A DNA stretch of 64,000 nt, from NCBI GenBank assembly GCA_008632985.1, contig QPGO01000113.1, forward strand, positions 64,947-128,946, given 5' to 3'. This document shows, in pieces, positions 48,400 to 60,897 of the stretch (its first letter is position 1; each line of letters begins with the position of its first letter). The DNA is from Psammoneis japonica. Taxonomy: Eukaryota. Below the pieces are notes generated by a model. The model was given only the letters and a program-made list of their open reading frames with translations. It had not been told where the DNA came from and ran no database searches. The position numbers were made by a program, and so were the translations under genes.

Positions 48400-50700
48400 A
48401 CTCCAAATTCTCACATTGAGCTCACAAAAGAGCTTGCACAACAACTGCAAATGACTGCAATTGTGGTTGCAACAATGGCGCTTGCAACCAAACTGACCCT
48501 GCATGGCAAGTGCCAACTGTGATCTGGTGAACAGTTGCAACCAATGTTTTGCAGCCATTCTCTGCAACTTGAGGCCCCTGGAAAAATTCATTTTTTGCCA
48601 GCCACAATCTGTCTCCACTGCCTTTGTCTCTCCTGTCACACTGGGAGCCATCCTTGCCTTTGTGGCTGGCACCAAAGCCAAGCAAGGAGAAATGCACAAT
48701 CACCTCTGCAGAGCACACTTGCAAAATTGTTTTTCAGCTGCCACATGGCCACATTGAAAAGAAGTTGAAAAGCCACAAATCAGCTGCATGTGCCTCTGTG
48801 CTCTCTCACACAATTGTTTTCCCATGTGCTGCTGCCATCAGCCAAACCTTGGCTGCCACCTCCACCTGCTCCTGCGCCAAACCTGTTGAGGACAAGCACG
48901 GCACAAGCACCAGCAGAGTGGTCGTTTGGTCTCAACAAGAACAAAACAAAACCCAAAACCCATTTTTAAAAGTGCTGCTGCACTTCCACCCTGCAGCTCT
49001 GGCAGCAAGCTAACCTGCACCACTGCACAAAGTGTGACAGCTGGCCAGGATTGGCACCACAGTCAGGTGATGCCATGGCAAAATGACTTGCAATGGTGTG
49101 CACACCTCCAGCAGCCATGGATGCTTGACTTGAGCATGAAGCCATGGCCAACCAGTTGTGCACTCCATGGTGTGCCAAGCAAGTGAGGTGAGCATCAATG
49201 ACCAAGTTCAACAGATGCAACCTCTCCTTTGTCAAATGGTTGTCTGCTCCAGAGTGAAGTTGTGCCTTGACTTCCACCTCAGCATTGCAGTGCTGAGGAA
49301 ATTTCCCATTCTTGGTTGGAATCATGTCCATGAACTTTGTGTCATCATGTTGTGAGTCCCGCAGTTGCCAACACAGTTGCTGCCCAAAAATTGACCAACA
49401 GACAGCTGATGCCAGCCAATGCTGTCTCCCAAGAATGGAGTGTTTTGAGGACACTGCAGCAAAGGCCATTGTCAACGCAGATCATCTCCTCATGAAACCA
49501 ACACTTGAGAGCAGATCATGAAAGCAAGTCACACAAGGATGCAAACATGTGAGCATCATCACACTTCTTGTGCAAGTGGCCTTGAAGGAACTTTCGACAC
49601 TGGGCTTTTGTTGCAGCAGGGGCACTGGAGCATCATGTGATCTCCATCCTCCACAGGATGTTGACAATGTGCACCACAGTCAGGCAGGTGGGATTGTGCT
49701 GACAAATGATCTTGTTCATTGGCGACAAATCTCAGATGAGCTCAATTGCACTGTGACTTTTCAACAAATGTTTTGTGATGCAAGCTTGGAGTGGATGGGC
49801 CAATCAACAAATTTGAGGAGGATGTCTCACAACCAGCCACACTTCTTCTTCTTCTTCACATGCTGATGTGCAAGGTGGCAGGGCTGGAGAAGCTTCGCAC
49901 CAAAGAAAACAGGCTTGTGTTTGAAAGAGACAGAAAAATCTTGGGCAGCTGAGTTTGCAGAGCAGCAAGACACATGTGGAGCTGGAAGAGCATCCCCAGG
50001 TGCAGGCCTTGGTGACCACTTGCCAACTTGTCATCTTGGACATTTTGCTTGGCAGGAAGAGACAAAGACATGTGCAGGGCGGCATTTCATCATCTTTGTG
50101 TGCTTTGACCCAATGGACATCAACTGAAGAAGTGCCAGATTGTTGGCCCGCTGTTGATGACTCCACAATTTGCTGAAAGGAAACAAACACACTCGCAACA
50201 TGATGCCAATGAAAACGGTCTCTGTCTGCACTGGATGACTCCCCATTTTCAGGAGGTGGAGGCAGCAGGGCACCACAAAAGTCAAAAACATTCTGGACCA
50301 ACACAGAGTTGTCATCACAGTGCATGTCAGTGCCTCAGAGAAAAACCTGATTGCAAGATCCCACAAGTCAAAAAAGGATCTAAAGAAAGGAAAACAGTCT
50401 GGAAGCTGCAATGCTCTCAACTCTGCCAGCCTGCCAACACATGGGTTGCAATGTTTGCAGATGATCTGAGCAAGCATCCCAGCAACTGGCCAACAGCTTG
50501 TCTGGCACATCTGCCCTGTCTCCAAACCATCAAATTGAAGTTGATGGCAATCCACACACAGCTTGCATTTGACACTGTTCCCAATCAATTTCTTTAACTC
50601 AAGACACTCTTGTCAACAGCAAGAAGTGTCATGAACTTTTCCATGTCCCCGCAAATGCAAGAATCAACAGTTGGAAAAGCCACCACTTCTGGACACTGAC
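48400..50700 (-). mobile_element. Highly degenerate RNase H-containing non-LTR retrotransposon remnant
   Basis: VHWVKAHKDD (HWVKAHQD-like) and CD.NS.LV RNase H-like motifs, with a downstream IPT...P.C...E...HL knuckle-like segment; both TA and CG are nearly absent. Confidence 0.45.
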
Positions 50701-51227
50701 TGAACATGTCAAGAATCAAGAACAAAGATCATGATGCATCAACAGTTGTCATTGTTTGCTTCTCTTGTTTGCCACTTGCTTCAAAGGCGAATTTCAAATT
50801 GAGGAAAGGGCCCGCGTTGCACAAATCATCTGCCGGTGAGGCTCGGTCTACAGGTGTGCACTGTGCTCGAAGAACGAGTGCAAACGAAAGCACAACGAAG
50901 TTCAAAAGGTGAAAATTGTGAGAATTGTTTCTCAATGGCCTAAACCTTTTGTACTGCTCCTACAGACAAAAGGCCTTTCGGAGAATATGATCGTGACGAC
51001 AGATTGTCCGGATACGATTGACATTGACACGTAAGATGTCAACATCATCGTACGATCGCATTTGCGATTCTCGACATCCAATCACTTCTGTGTGACTGAT
51101 CTGTACTTCGTACGAACCCACGATTGACGTACGATTGAAATATACTTTTATTTAATATATACATATACATATATAATACGTACATGACAACGCATATTGC
51201 ATTCGCCTCCCTAATTGCACATTAGAG

Positions 51228-54200
51228 TCAGTCGTTAAACGGTATTATTCGACGAATATTGACAGTGTCAATAACGTTACCGCGTTTGATCTGTACTGTG
51301 CCATTAGTATGTACCGTTGTTATTACATACGGTCCAACATAGGGCTGTTCTAATTTTTGCGAGTCTTTCTCGAGTAGTATCTTTTCTCCTACTCTGTACG
51401 TGTAAGGAGTACGTCGAGCATTCTCTCGAGCGTTATTTTTATTTATGATTTCTTGTTTTCGCTGCTGGATTAATTTCCAGTCCGCGACATGTTGGACGTT
51501 AAATATCATGTCTCTATTGAAGACTAGTTGTCCTGGTGTAGCTTGCGTAGTAGTATGATACGTAGAACGTACTGCAAACGCTACCGCTGATAGTATTCCA
51601 GCGAAAGGATCCTCAGCATCTAGAGGTGTATGTTGCAAATCAAATGTACGGAGCATGTTCCCCAGTGCTTGATGTACGCGTTCAATAATTGCGTTTGCTT
51701 GTGGATTTCGTGTAGTTGTGGGCTTGACTTTAATGCCACAATCATCTTGCACCATTTCTCTAAATTGGTGTCCGATGAACTCACTTCCACGGTCACATGC
51801 AATTGACGATGGCCAAGGATGTCTGCTTGGCCATGTTCGTTCTAACAGTCCAGCCACAGTTGTGGACTCCTCATTTGGGATTTCCACAACTTCAAACCAT
51901 CCGGTTGCTGGATCGATCATAGTTGGACATTTCAGGACTGGGGGGTTTTCCTTTCCCTCACGACGCACTTTGCATGGCCCAATGAGGTCCACACACAGTC
52001 GTTCCCATGGTGCGGATTCTGCACACTCAGGAGGTAAATGTCCACATTTCTTGTGTTTCTTTTTGAATTTTTGGCACGTCTCACATCTCGACATGCATTT
52101 TCGTATGTCTTCACGCAAGGTGGACCACCACAGGTGTTGTGAGATTGTTTCTTCTGTTCGATCCATGCCAGGGTGAAGAAGGCACGTGTGATGCCAATCC
52201 ATCACTGCCTTTTGTGACGTCCTCGGGACGACAATTTTGTCCTTGTGACATGTGAGCAACCGGTCTCGCTCGCCTCCACGAAAAGTCTTTGTGTGAAACG
52301 TCTTTATTTGACAATTGGGAGAGAATGTCTTTGTCCCGTTTTTGTTCACAATCAAGAACTTTGTAATTTAACGGAAAGACATTGTCGCAGGATTTTGGCA
52401 GGACCTTTTCAGCTGGCTCTTCTGTGCTGAGGGTTTCCACAGGTTCTATTTTCTTCATGGCAAGTCGGCCAATCGCGTCTGCGACAACATTTGCCTTGCC
52501 CTCAAGGTGTGTCATTTTGGGACTGTGTTCTTCCATTGTCAGACGCCAACGCATGACTCTGTCCGTTGTGAAATTTTTGTGTGTGAGATTTTTGTGATCC
52601 GTGTGTGTGTTTGTCTGTTGGCCAAACAGCACATTGCGGAACTCTTTCAATGTCTCCACTGTGGACAATGGCTCTTTTTCCATTGTGGCACAACGCGTCT
52701 GCGCTCCATTCAGCTTGCGGCTGTAGAAGGCAATTGGTCGGTTTTTCTGAGCAATGACCGCCCCCAATTGAGAATCACTGGCATCGGTGCATGTCTCAAA
52801 GGGGACATTTCGGTCCATTGCCACTTTACTTGGGTAGAAGTGAGTTTGGCTAAAGGAGCTAAAACATGAGATCGTCGAGGCCACATGTCTCGACAGCAGT
52901 TGATCATGCCGACAAAGCGTCGCAATTCCTTGCGAGTTTTAGGAGTTGCGATCGCGTGAATCGCTTCTGCTTTTTTTGGAATCGGACTGATGCCCTTGCG
53001 GGTGATGTGAAAGCCCAGACAGTCCACTTCGGGTTTAGCGAAAAAGGACTTCTCGGCGTTGACCTTCAATCCGGCTTGTTCTAGGCGCAAGAACACCGTT
53101 TCAAGCTTCTTGAGGTGGTCTTGAAAATCACTTTTTGTAAGACACAACACATCGTCAATGTAAGTTCTGACAAACTCCAGACCTGCCATGAGCTCACTCA
53201 TGTGCTCTTGGAAAACATCTGGAGCTCCACAGATTCCCATCGGGAGTCTGCAGCACTCACATTTGCCCCAAGGCATGACGATCGTGCACAAGCGACGCGC
53301 ATGCGGCGTCAATTCGATGTGATGGCATCCCATGTTTAAATCTAGGGACGTTGCATGCATGAAGCCTTCAAGCTTCTGTGGCACATCCTGAATGTTGGGT
53401 GGAGGAAACGGAGTGCAAATTAACCTCTCACTTGGCTCACGAAAGTCGGGTGAGAACCGAACTCTACCATTTTTCTTGGGTTGAATGAAGGTTGGAGCCG
53501 CCCATTCAGAACAATTTGTTTTTCTTGAGACTTTCAACTTGCATGGTCTTTCAACCTCCTTACGAGCAGTCGCCTCCAAGGCTTGTGGCACGGGAAATGG
53601 TTTGGCATGATGCGGACTCACGCCCGATTTCAACTTTAAATCCACCGGTTTCCCGGTCCATTTGCCTGGAGAACCATCGAAAAGGTTTTCAAATCTTTTT
53701 AAGAGGAAGTTCAGCTGCTTCTGCTCTTCAGGAGTTAGATGAGCAGCTGCTGCGGTCACATCATTGAGGTTTGCAGCGTGACAGTCTGAGTCAAGGATCC
53801 GATTGACCCTGTCATTAAGACCAATCACTGCATGAGATTCCTCAATGTGATCGGCAATCAACTTAAAAACATTGGCATCGAAGAGTGCACCAACATTCTT
53901 CATGGGAGCAGTTGCATCTTCCCATTTAATCTCTTCATTCGAGAAGTCCAATGTCATCCCAAGACTTGACATTAAGTCGCGTCCCATGATCACATCATGA
54001 CGACTCGAAGAAGAAGGGGAGTTGTCAACATGTGCCGTTGTTTCAATCATCTTATGTTTGTCAAATTCGGGTGAGGAGAATTGGATCTTACATCGACTGT
54101 CAGTCGTGAAGAGCCCTCCTTTGGTTTCCCAGAGTTTGGTGGCGGATGCTTTTGTTCTGAGTTTCCGCGTGAATTTGCGCAAAATTGTGGTTGACGATGT

Positions 54201-54356
54201 TCCGCTGTCGAGGAGAACGCGCAGAGGCTCATTTTTCGCCTTGCCCAATGAAGCATTCACATGGGCGACAACTGCTGGACTAGTGTGAATTACTTTGGCC
54301 CTTTTTCTGGGCTTCCCAATGTCCAGCAGAGCGCAAGACTCCTCTTGCAGTGCAAG
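51228..54356 (-). pseudogene. pol: pol of gypsy copy 3 (PR-RT-RH-IN), frameshifted and hypermutated
   Basis: LLDSG protease, YIDD RT, TDAS/IAFYSRKL RNase H, H...LHPG..C..C and D-D-E integrase, GPY motif. Deletion/frameshift near 52810 and frameshift near 52300. Confidence 0.9.
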
Positions 54357-55513
54357 TCATTCCTCAGAATCACTGCGCATCATTTTTTCAAACTGACAAT
54401 TTTCCTCGTCAAGGGCATCAGAATCACAATCTTTGCTCTTGTGTTTTTTGTCATTGTTCGAAGAACTCGCTTTGAGCATTTTTTGAACTGCTTGGATCGC
54501 CACAGCATTCAACTCTTCTTTGCGAGCGGCGTTGTCGTTGTCGCGACGAGACCACGTGCGATTGCCATTTGAACGGCGCCGTTTCGGGTCGGGTTCACAG
54601 TTCCCACGGCGTTCTTTTGCAAGTCTTTTGATCGACCAGCACTTGTCCGTGTTATGAGTGGATTTCTCGCATGAAATGCACCACTTCTCGGACTGAGATT
54701 TTTCGGTGCCATGTTGGTGACCATTTTTGGAACCACGTTGGGAACCACTCTTGGCTTTTGATGCAGCACCGCCACTGCCATCAGCCTTGGCATGAATGCC
54801 ATCAAATGTGTCTTCTGCGACCTCTGGGCGCTCCAAGAACTCAACCAACTCGTCACAGGCATGTTTCAAAATTTCGAAACCCTGGACGGTCGACTGACGC
54901 TGCCACTTTCGAGGTGCAAGGTTGAAGAGGATGTCCTTGAGCTCGTCGTCCTCGATCTTCTGTTCCTTCCCAAAGGGAGGATAGAACTTGAGGTCTTCGT
55001 TGACTTCCTGGACCCAAGCAGCAATTTCGCGTGCTTTCATGGACTCCGGCTTCTTGAGATCACGACGCAAACAACGTTTCTGTGCCGAAAGTGCGTTCTT
55101 GGGAAACACATGCCTCGTGAGATGTTGCAGGCATTTCTCGAAGCTTCCTTCCGCAGATTCGTCTTCAAGGTTCGCTGCCGCATTCTCGAAAGCACGTAGA
55201 GCGTCTCCTTGAAGTAACATGTGCATGAGACGAAACTTGTCAGATTGCTTCCTGATGTTCTGGCCCACTGGAAGTTGATCGTAGCTCTTGAGAAATTCGA
55301 TGAACTTGGGGACACCTTGTTTCTTGTAGTGCTCAACATTGATGGTGCAGGTGCGGCTATCCTTCTTCTCGGGATGAAAACGTTGCTCCATCTTGAGGTG
55401 CTGGCTCGGTTTGAGGCTCTTCGGCTCGGAGTTCGATTCCAGCGGTTGAGGGACGATTTTCTCCTGCCTTGACGAAGTTTTGGCATTGGTTGCATGAGGT
55501 GAAAGCTTCATCT
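54357..55513 (-). pseudogene. gag: gag of gypsy copy 3
   Basis: LLQGDALRAFE...LTRHVFPKNAL..QKR(Y>C)LRR.LKKP capsid-like segment and WC..C....HNT..C knuckle; TA-type missense changes. Confidence 0.8.
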
Positions 55514-58500
55514 TGAACTTATTACCTTCTGTGGTGTGTATACACAATGCACTATGCTCGAAGAACGAGTGTAAACGAAAGTATAACGAAGTTCAAAAGG
55601 TGAAAATTATGAGAATTATTTCTGCGCAATCATTTTGGGTTTCTCCGAACGGGTTCTCAACAGCCTAAACCTTTTGTACTGCTCCTACAGACAAAAGGCC
55701 TTTCGGAGAATATGATCGTGACGACAGATTGTCCGGATACGATTGATATTGACACGTAAGATGTCAACATCATCGTACGATCGCATTTGCGATTCTCGAC
55801 ATCCAATCACTTCTGTGTGACTGATCTGTACTTCGTACGAACCCACGATTGACGTACGATTGAAATATACTTTTATTTAATATATAGATATACATATATA
55901 ATACGTACATGACAACGCATATTGCAGGTGAACCGCGCCGGATCGGATCGACGGATCGGATCGCGTCAGAATTCCGTTAGTCGACAGGTGGAACCGGATC
56001 GGATCGCGGATCGGATTCGACATTTTGATGAGTCGCAAAACGACATAAGTTTCAAGATTCCAAACTCCCAAGAACAACAAAGCGCTGACAACAGCGAACA
56101 ACAAGAAGTGTGGCCATGATGCTTCACATCTTGTCATAACGTGACGATATGACGACAGAACCATACTGTTATTACTGCTATACATACATATGAGACCGCA
56201 TCATTGAGAATCGTTGTCACTCAGTGTTCGCAGCAACGCTAAGGAAGAAAAAGCTATCACTTTTGTAATTAGGAAACTAATGCAAATGTTTTCGTATTGA
56301 AATTTCGAATTAAATAATAAATACTTGTTATTTTGCTTATTCAATGTTTCTCCAACAAATCTATACGGCATTATCGGTTTGACAAGCTATTCTATTGCCA
56401 TGCGACCTTTCTCATCGTCATTTCGAGCATGGGAAGACTTTGACTATAATGCTCAGAATGTTCCTTGCCCTTATGGCTGAATCTTATGCCGTTCTGTGTC
56501 ATAATCGTGTGATGTTGTGCCATTGTCGTGATGACGGCACGGAATCTTCAAAATTGGATCCGACATCCGATCCGAGATGGCGGATCAGTCCCACGAAGGC
56601 CACGGATCGACTTTTTGACTCGATGGACTAACATTTTAATGGGTTATGAAGGAGTCGATCCGGCGATCCGATCCGGCTCGGTTCACCTGTAGACCGAGCC
56701 TGAGACCTTGCACCTTTGCAACTTGTGCCAGATGTGCTGCCATTCTGTCTCATCTGGTTCCACAAGACAAAGACCAAATGTGTCAAGACTCTTTGCATTT
56801 TAACTGCCTTCATTCTTGGCTCAACAAAAGAAAAACACCCAGGATGGAAGAATCTGACCGGCGGACCTTTGCAAAGCAGCTGCTTGAGCACTCTGATGAA
56901 TGATGGGCTGTTCTTGAAGCTGCAAAAAGTCCTTTTCTGCCTGGACACTTTCTTGTCTTCACTTGGAACATCCTCGTCCAATGATGTTTCTGCTGCTGCC
57001 ACAATGGCAAAAAAGTGTCTCCATTGGAGAACTCCAATTGTTTTTGCCAACAACAGTGCCCAGCAGGGGATCTGTGGCAGGGTGTCATGTGAGAGCTGTG
57101 TTGTTGGAAAATGAAATCTTCCTGCTGATGTCGAACTGATCAAGATTGTCTGGGATCATGGGATGGAACAACCCAACACTGCCAGCACCAAATCCAAAGT
57201 CCTCCATGGAAGTTAGTTTTCTTTGGGGCTGGGCACAAAAAATTGCACGCGCATGATCTCAAAGCAAGTGGGCGGCAGTTGTGATTTTCTGGGGGGCTGC
57301 CGTGTTCTGTTGCCTGGCATCCAAGCAAGTGCAACCTTTTTTTTGACAAGTTTTTTCAAGAGACTTGAGTTGCACATGGTTTTGGCAACATGTTTGTCAG
57401 TTGACATGATGGCATCACATGCCTGGCCAGTCTGATTGAGTGCATTGATGGATCCCGCATGGCGACCCATGATTGGAACAATGACCATGCATGGCAAAAC
57501 ATCAAGGCAGTTTTTCTGACCAGCTGGCAGCATCTTTTTGAAATCCATGTGTGCTTGATGCCTGCATCATTGACTCTGTTTGCTTTTGTGCACTTTTTGT
57601 TTGACCCGTGGAGGAGACAGGTTGTTTCAGACCAACTGCGTTGTTGATCAACACCAAACAAAAAATCCTTCACAAACCAGAAGGAAAGGGCAGCTGTTTC
57701 ACCCACCAGAACAAGATGAGCAATTTCCACTTCATGGCTGTGTTGCTCCCCAAAAGCACGTTTGTTCTCAAAATGGCCTGTCGGCTTTGGCTCTGGGAAC
57801 TTGTGCGGGTTTGTCCATCAAATCATGTGTTGGTGCCACATGTTGTTTGTGCACAGCTTTGTGCACACACTTGTGTGGATTGTTGGTGATGAGACGGACA
57901 GCACATGTTCAACAGGCTTCAGTTCTTTGCTGCTGCTGTTGTTGTTGCTGCACGCAGCTGTCCAGTGCTTGGATTTTGATTGAGTCAAATTCGATTGTTC
58001 CATTTGGCATTCTGCTGACTGGTTTTTGTCATTTTTGCCATTGTTCTCTTGATGGTTGATCGCATCAGAATCTGCTTGAGCATTTGCATCACACACCCCA
58101 TTGCTGACCAACAATTCATTGATCAGGGCAAAACAACTGCCGAACGAAATTTCCCTTTTGTCAACAAGAGAACAAAAAAGCTCATCTTTCTGAGCTTCCA
58201 ACAGTGTCAAGTCTCTTGTTGTCACCTTCAGAGCCCTGGCATCATCTTCTGCAGCTTCCTCCATGCTGCAGCACAGGTGCTTTTTGTCAAGAGTGTTCAA
58301 CAGCAAATCTTTGGCACTCTGCTCCAGTTCCAAGTTGTTGCTGTTCTTGTTGGTTCTTGATCAAAGAACATTGACTGCAGCTGGTTCGGCAATGTTTTTT
58401 GCTTCATTCCCAGCACTGCAAAGCACAGCACTGGAAAAGGAAAACAAGCAAGAAGGAGCCAAGGTTGGAACAAACAAGGGCTCAACAGGCATTGAGAATT

Positions 58501-59046
58501 GGAGAAGGAGACACACAAGAAGAGATTGAGCAAGTCAAAGATGCAGAGCAATTTGACAAAGTGTGGTCCAAGGAATTTTGGGAATGCATTGACAGCCCAG
58601 AAGCCACCATGATGGACAGGATGGGCAACAAGACAACAATGGAGGACAATGACAACATTGATGAAGAGGAGTTGTGTTGTGTGGAAGCATCGCAGACAGC
58701 AGCAGTGCAGCAATTGGAGCGATGATTCACAATGAAAGGTGAGACAAGAAACAGCTGATTGCCAATGTGAAAAGGGAGCCAAACAGCAAACAAAAACCTG
58801 AAGCAACAGCACACTGTGCAGTGGGGTTGCATTGAAGTCCTCCATGTTGCATGACAACCAGACATGGTGGGCACAGCTGTGTGAAAAGTCAGCACACCAG
58901 CGTGACAAATGCCCAAATTAAAATGAGCTGGGACCCACAGTTCTTGCAGCAGAGTGTGGTGCTGGCTTGAGGTGAAAAAATTCATTTTTTGCCATCCACA
59001 CTCTGGCAGTTTTTGGAGTTGGTGTTGCGCGCATCTCCACCATCTT

Positions 59047-60897
59047 TGTTGGAACATCAGGGTGCAAAGAGTGATTTTTGCAGAACAGACAGACAATGTT
59101 GCAGTGAGCAATGCACTGTGAGGAGCATTGATGCCATTGTGCTCACAACTCATGTCAGTCAGGGGTCTTGTGCTCACTTTTTAGCTTCTGCACCCAGTTG
59201 ACATGGTGGTGGCAGCAATGGCAACAAAAGTGCATTTGCAATCCATGTGGCAAGTCAGGGTTGGTGAGACTGAGCACACACCAGCTGGCAAGTGGCAAAA
59301 TCTCAACACAGAAGCTGAAAAGGACCAGCTGGGAAGTTGTCAGAAATCCAAAAGGCGCAGCTCATGTCAATGGATTGTGGCACAAACAAGCTGGCTGGAT
59401 GAAGGCAGAGAAACAGTCTCTGGCAGAGAACCTTGCTGTGAGGAAGCTGTCAAGGGTCTGCCAAAAGAGGGTGTGGCAAAGTTGTGTCAGACTGGGAAAA
59501 ACATCAACTTGAGCAAGGATTGCGCAGCTGAGTGCAGAAGCACAAAAGATTTGAAGGAGTGTGTGCATGACACTCATTGCCAAGTTGGGTTGACAGGCAG
59601 ATGGTCACACAGAGACCACAAGAAAAACAAGCTGGCATGTCAGAACAATGTTTGGGTCAGCAACAATGTGCAGGTGCTGGTGTCTCTCAGGCAGGAGAAC
59701 AAACCAGCAGAGGAGCCAGAGTGTCCATTGAGCACAGCTGTGCTGGAGAAGGAAAAGGCAATCTGGGAAAGCAATGCAGTCATTGTGTGAAACAGGATGC
59801 AATCTACAAGACACAGAAGGTGAAGACATTTGGCACAATTGTGGGACAGTGCATGAAGGCTGTCCATCACAAGAGGTTGAAGCAGAGTGGCAGAGTTTGA
59901 GAGGGTCACAAAGGAGTGGGGCATGGCTGGGCACTGTTGAAAAAGCTCAAGTCAATCTTTTTTGAGATGCACATGAGAGAATCTGCATGAATGTCCAGAC
60001 AGCAGTTGGTGCTGTTGGGAATCCTCAAGTGGATCTTGTTTGAAGCAAGCAAGAGAATGTGCTTGCATGTCCAGGCTGCCAAGGCTTGGAAGGAGTTGGT
60101 CCTCATTCATCAGGATGAAGGAGAGGTGCTTCAAGATTGTTGCAATTGTTGGCTTGTGAGCATCCTTGAGATGGTGGAAGGGCCCTGCAGCAGACTTGTC
60201 CCAGAAGAAATCACCAAGAAAGAAGATGGGTTGGCAAAAGTGCTGATGACAACCAGAAGAATGAAAGGAACAAGTTGTTCATGGTGCTGCCAGTCAAGGG
60301 CACCAAGGAGTGTTGATGCATCTTGAAAAACCTGCGCCAGCAGTTCACACTGGGGATCAACAATTGCCCCAATTTGGCTGAGGAGGCACTGCAGGTGTTG
60401 GACACATGCAGAGCTGACAAGAAACATGAGCTCATGAGCTTTGTGCAAAATGAGAAGAAGCAGCTCAAATGCTGGAAATGTGACAAGGTTGGGCATGTGA
60501 AGAGGAACTGTCATTTGCTCAATGATGATGATGATCATTTGTCAGTGGAGTTGGAACATGTCAGCCATTGGGATTGACAAGGCAGTTGACTTGGTGTTGG
60601 ATGAAGTGGTGGTTTCCAACTGCCATCCTCCTCTGAGGAGTGTGTTGGAACATCAGGGTGTGAAGTGGTTTTTGCAGGACAGACAGACAATGTTGCAGTG
60701 AATGATGCACTGACAAGTGGTGTTGATGACTTGACAATTTTGTCTTTGCAACTCATGTTGAGTTGTGGGTCTTTTGCTCACTTTTTAGTTTCTGCACCCA
60801 GTTGACAGAGAAACAGCAGTGGTGTCAACAGAAATGTGTTTGCAGTCTACACAGTGAGCCAGGGATCTGCAAAACTGAACACACACCAGCTGGCAAG
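59047..60897 (+). mobile_element. Degenerate gag-only copia (CoDi-like; TR-GAG-like) element with ~245-bp LTR-like repeats (59047-59291, 60643-60897)
   Basis: Direct repeats start TGTTGGAACATCAGGGTG; GAGGAGTG PPT precedes the second; gag remnant TLGINN(Y>C)P...EALQVL and CWKCDKVGHVKRNC knuckle; no room for pol. TSD not found. Confidence 0.55.

Larger units (their letters stand above)
50857..55926 (-). mobile_element. Full-length Ty3/gypsy element (copy 3, youngest): 5' LTR 55548-55926, 3' LTR 50857-51201, PPT 51202-51212, TSD GGTG
   Basis: Near-identical LTRs, 4-bp TSD, gag-PR-RT-RH-IN order. Confidence 0.95.
50840..56700. mobile_element. PIF/Harbinger-like MITE (~790 bp: 50840-50856 + 55931-56700), left TIR split by gypsy copy 3
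   Basis: The rejoined left end GGCTCGGTCTACAGGTG|AACCGCGCCGGATCGGATCG is the inverted repeat of the right end ending at 56700; 3-bp TSD TGA (50837-50839 / 56701-56703); GATCCG subterminal repeats. Confidence 0.82.

Noticed and set aside
50933..50940. CAATGGCC versus CAACAGCC difference between copy-3 LTRs as an opposite-strand TA event
   Set aside because: Ambiguous: TG/CA pairs can also derive from CG, and no copy shows TA here, so it is not counted.
52710..54260. Alternative genetic code or Tyr avoidance in the TE proteins
   Set aside because: Non-coding LTR and HINE DNA show the same loss, and the integrase tail and host genes use Tyr normally.
51735..55500. ADAR/APOBEC editing of retroelement RNA/cDNA, or fungal RIP, as the cause of hypermutation
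   Set aside because: A>G and T>C are intermixed on one strand, paired LTRs differ, and non-retro DNA is hit. RIP and APOBEC are C>T and would create TA.
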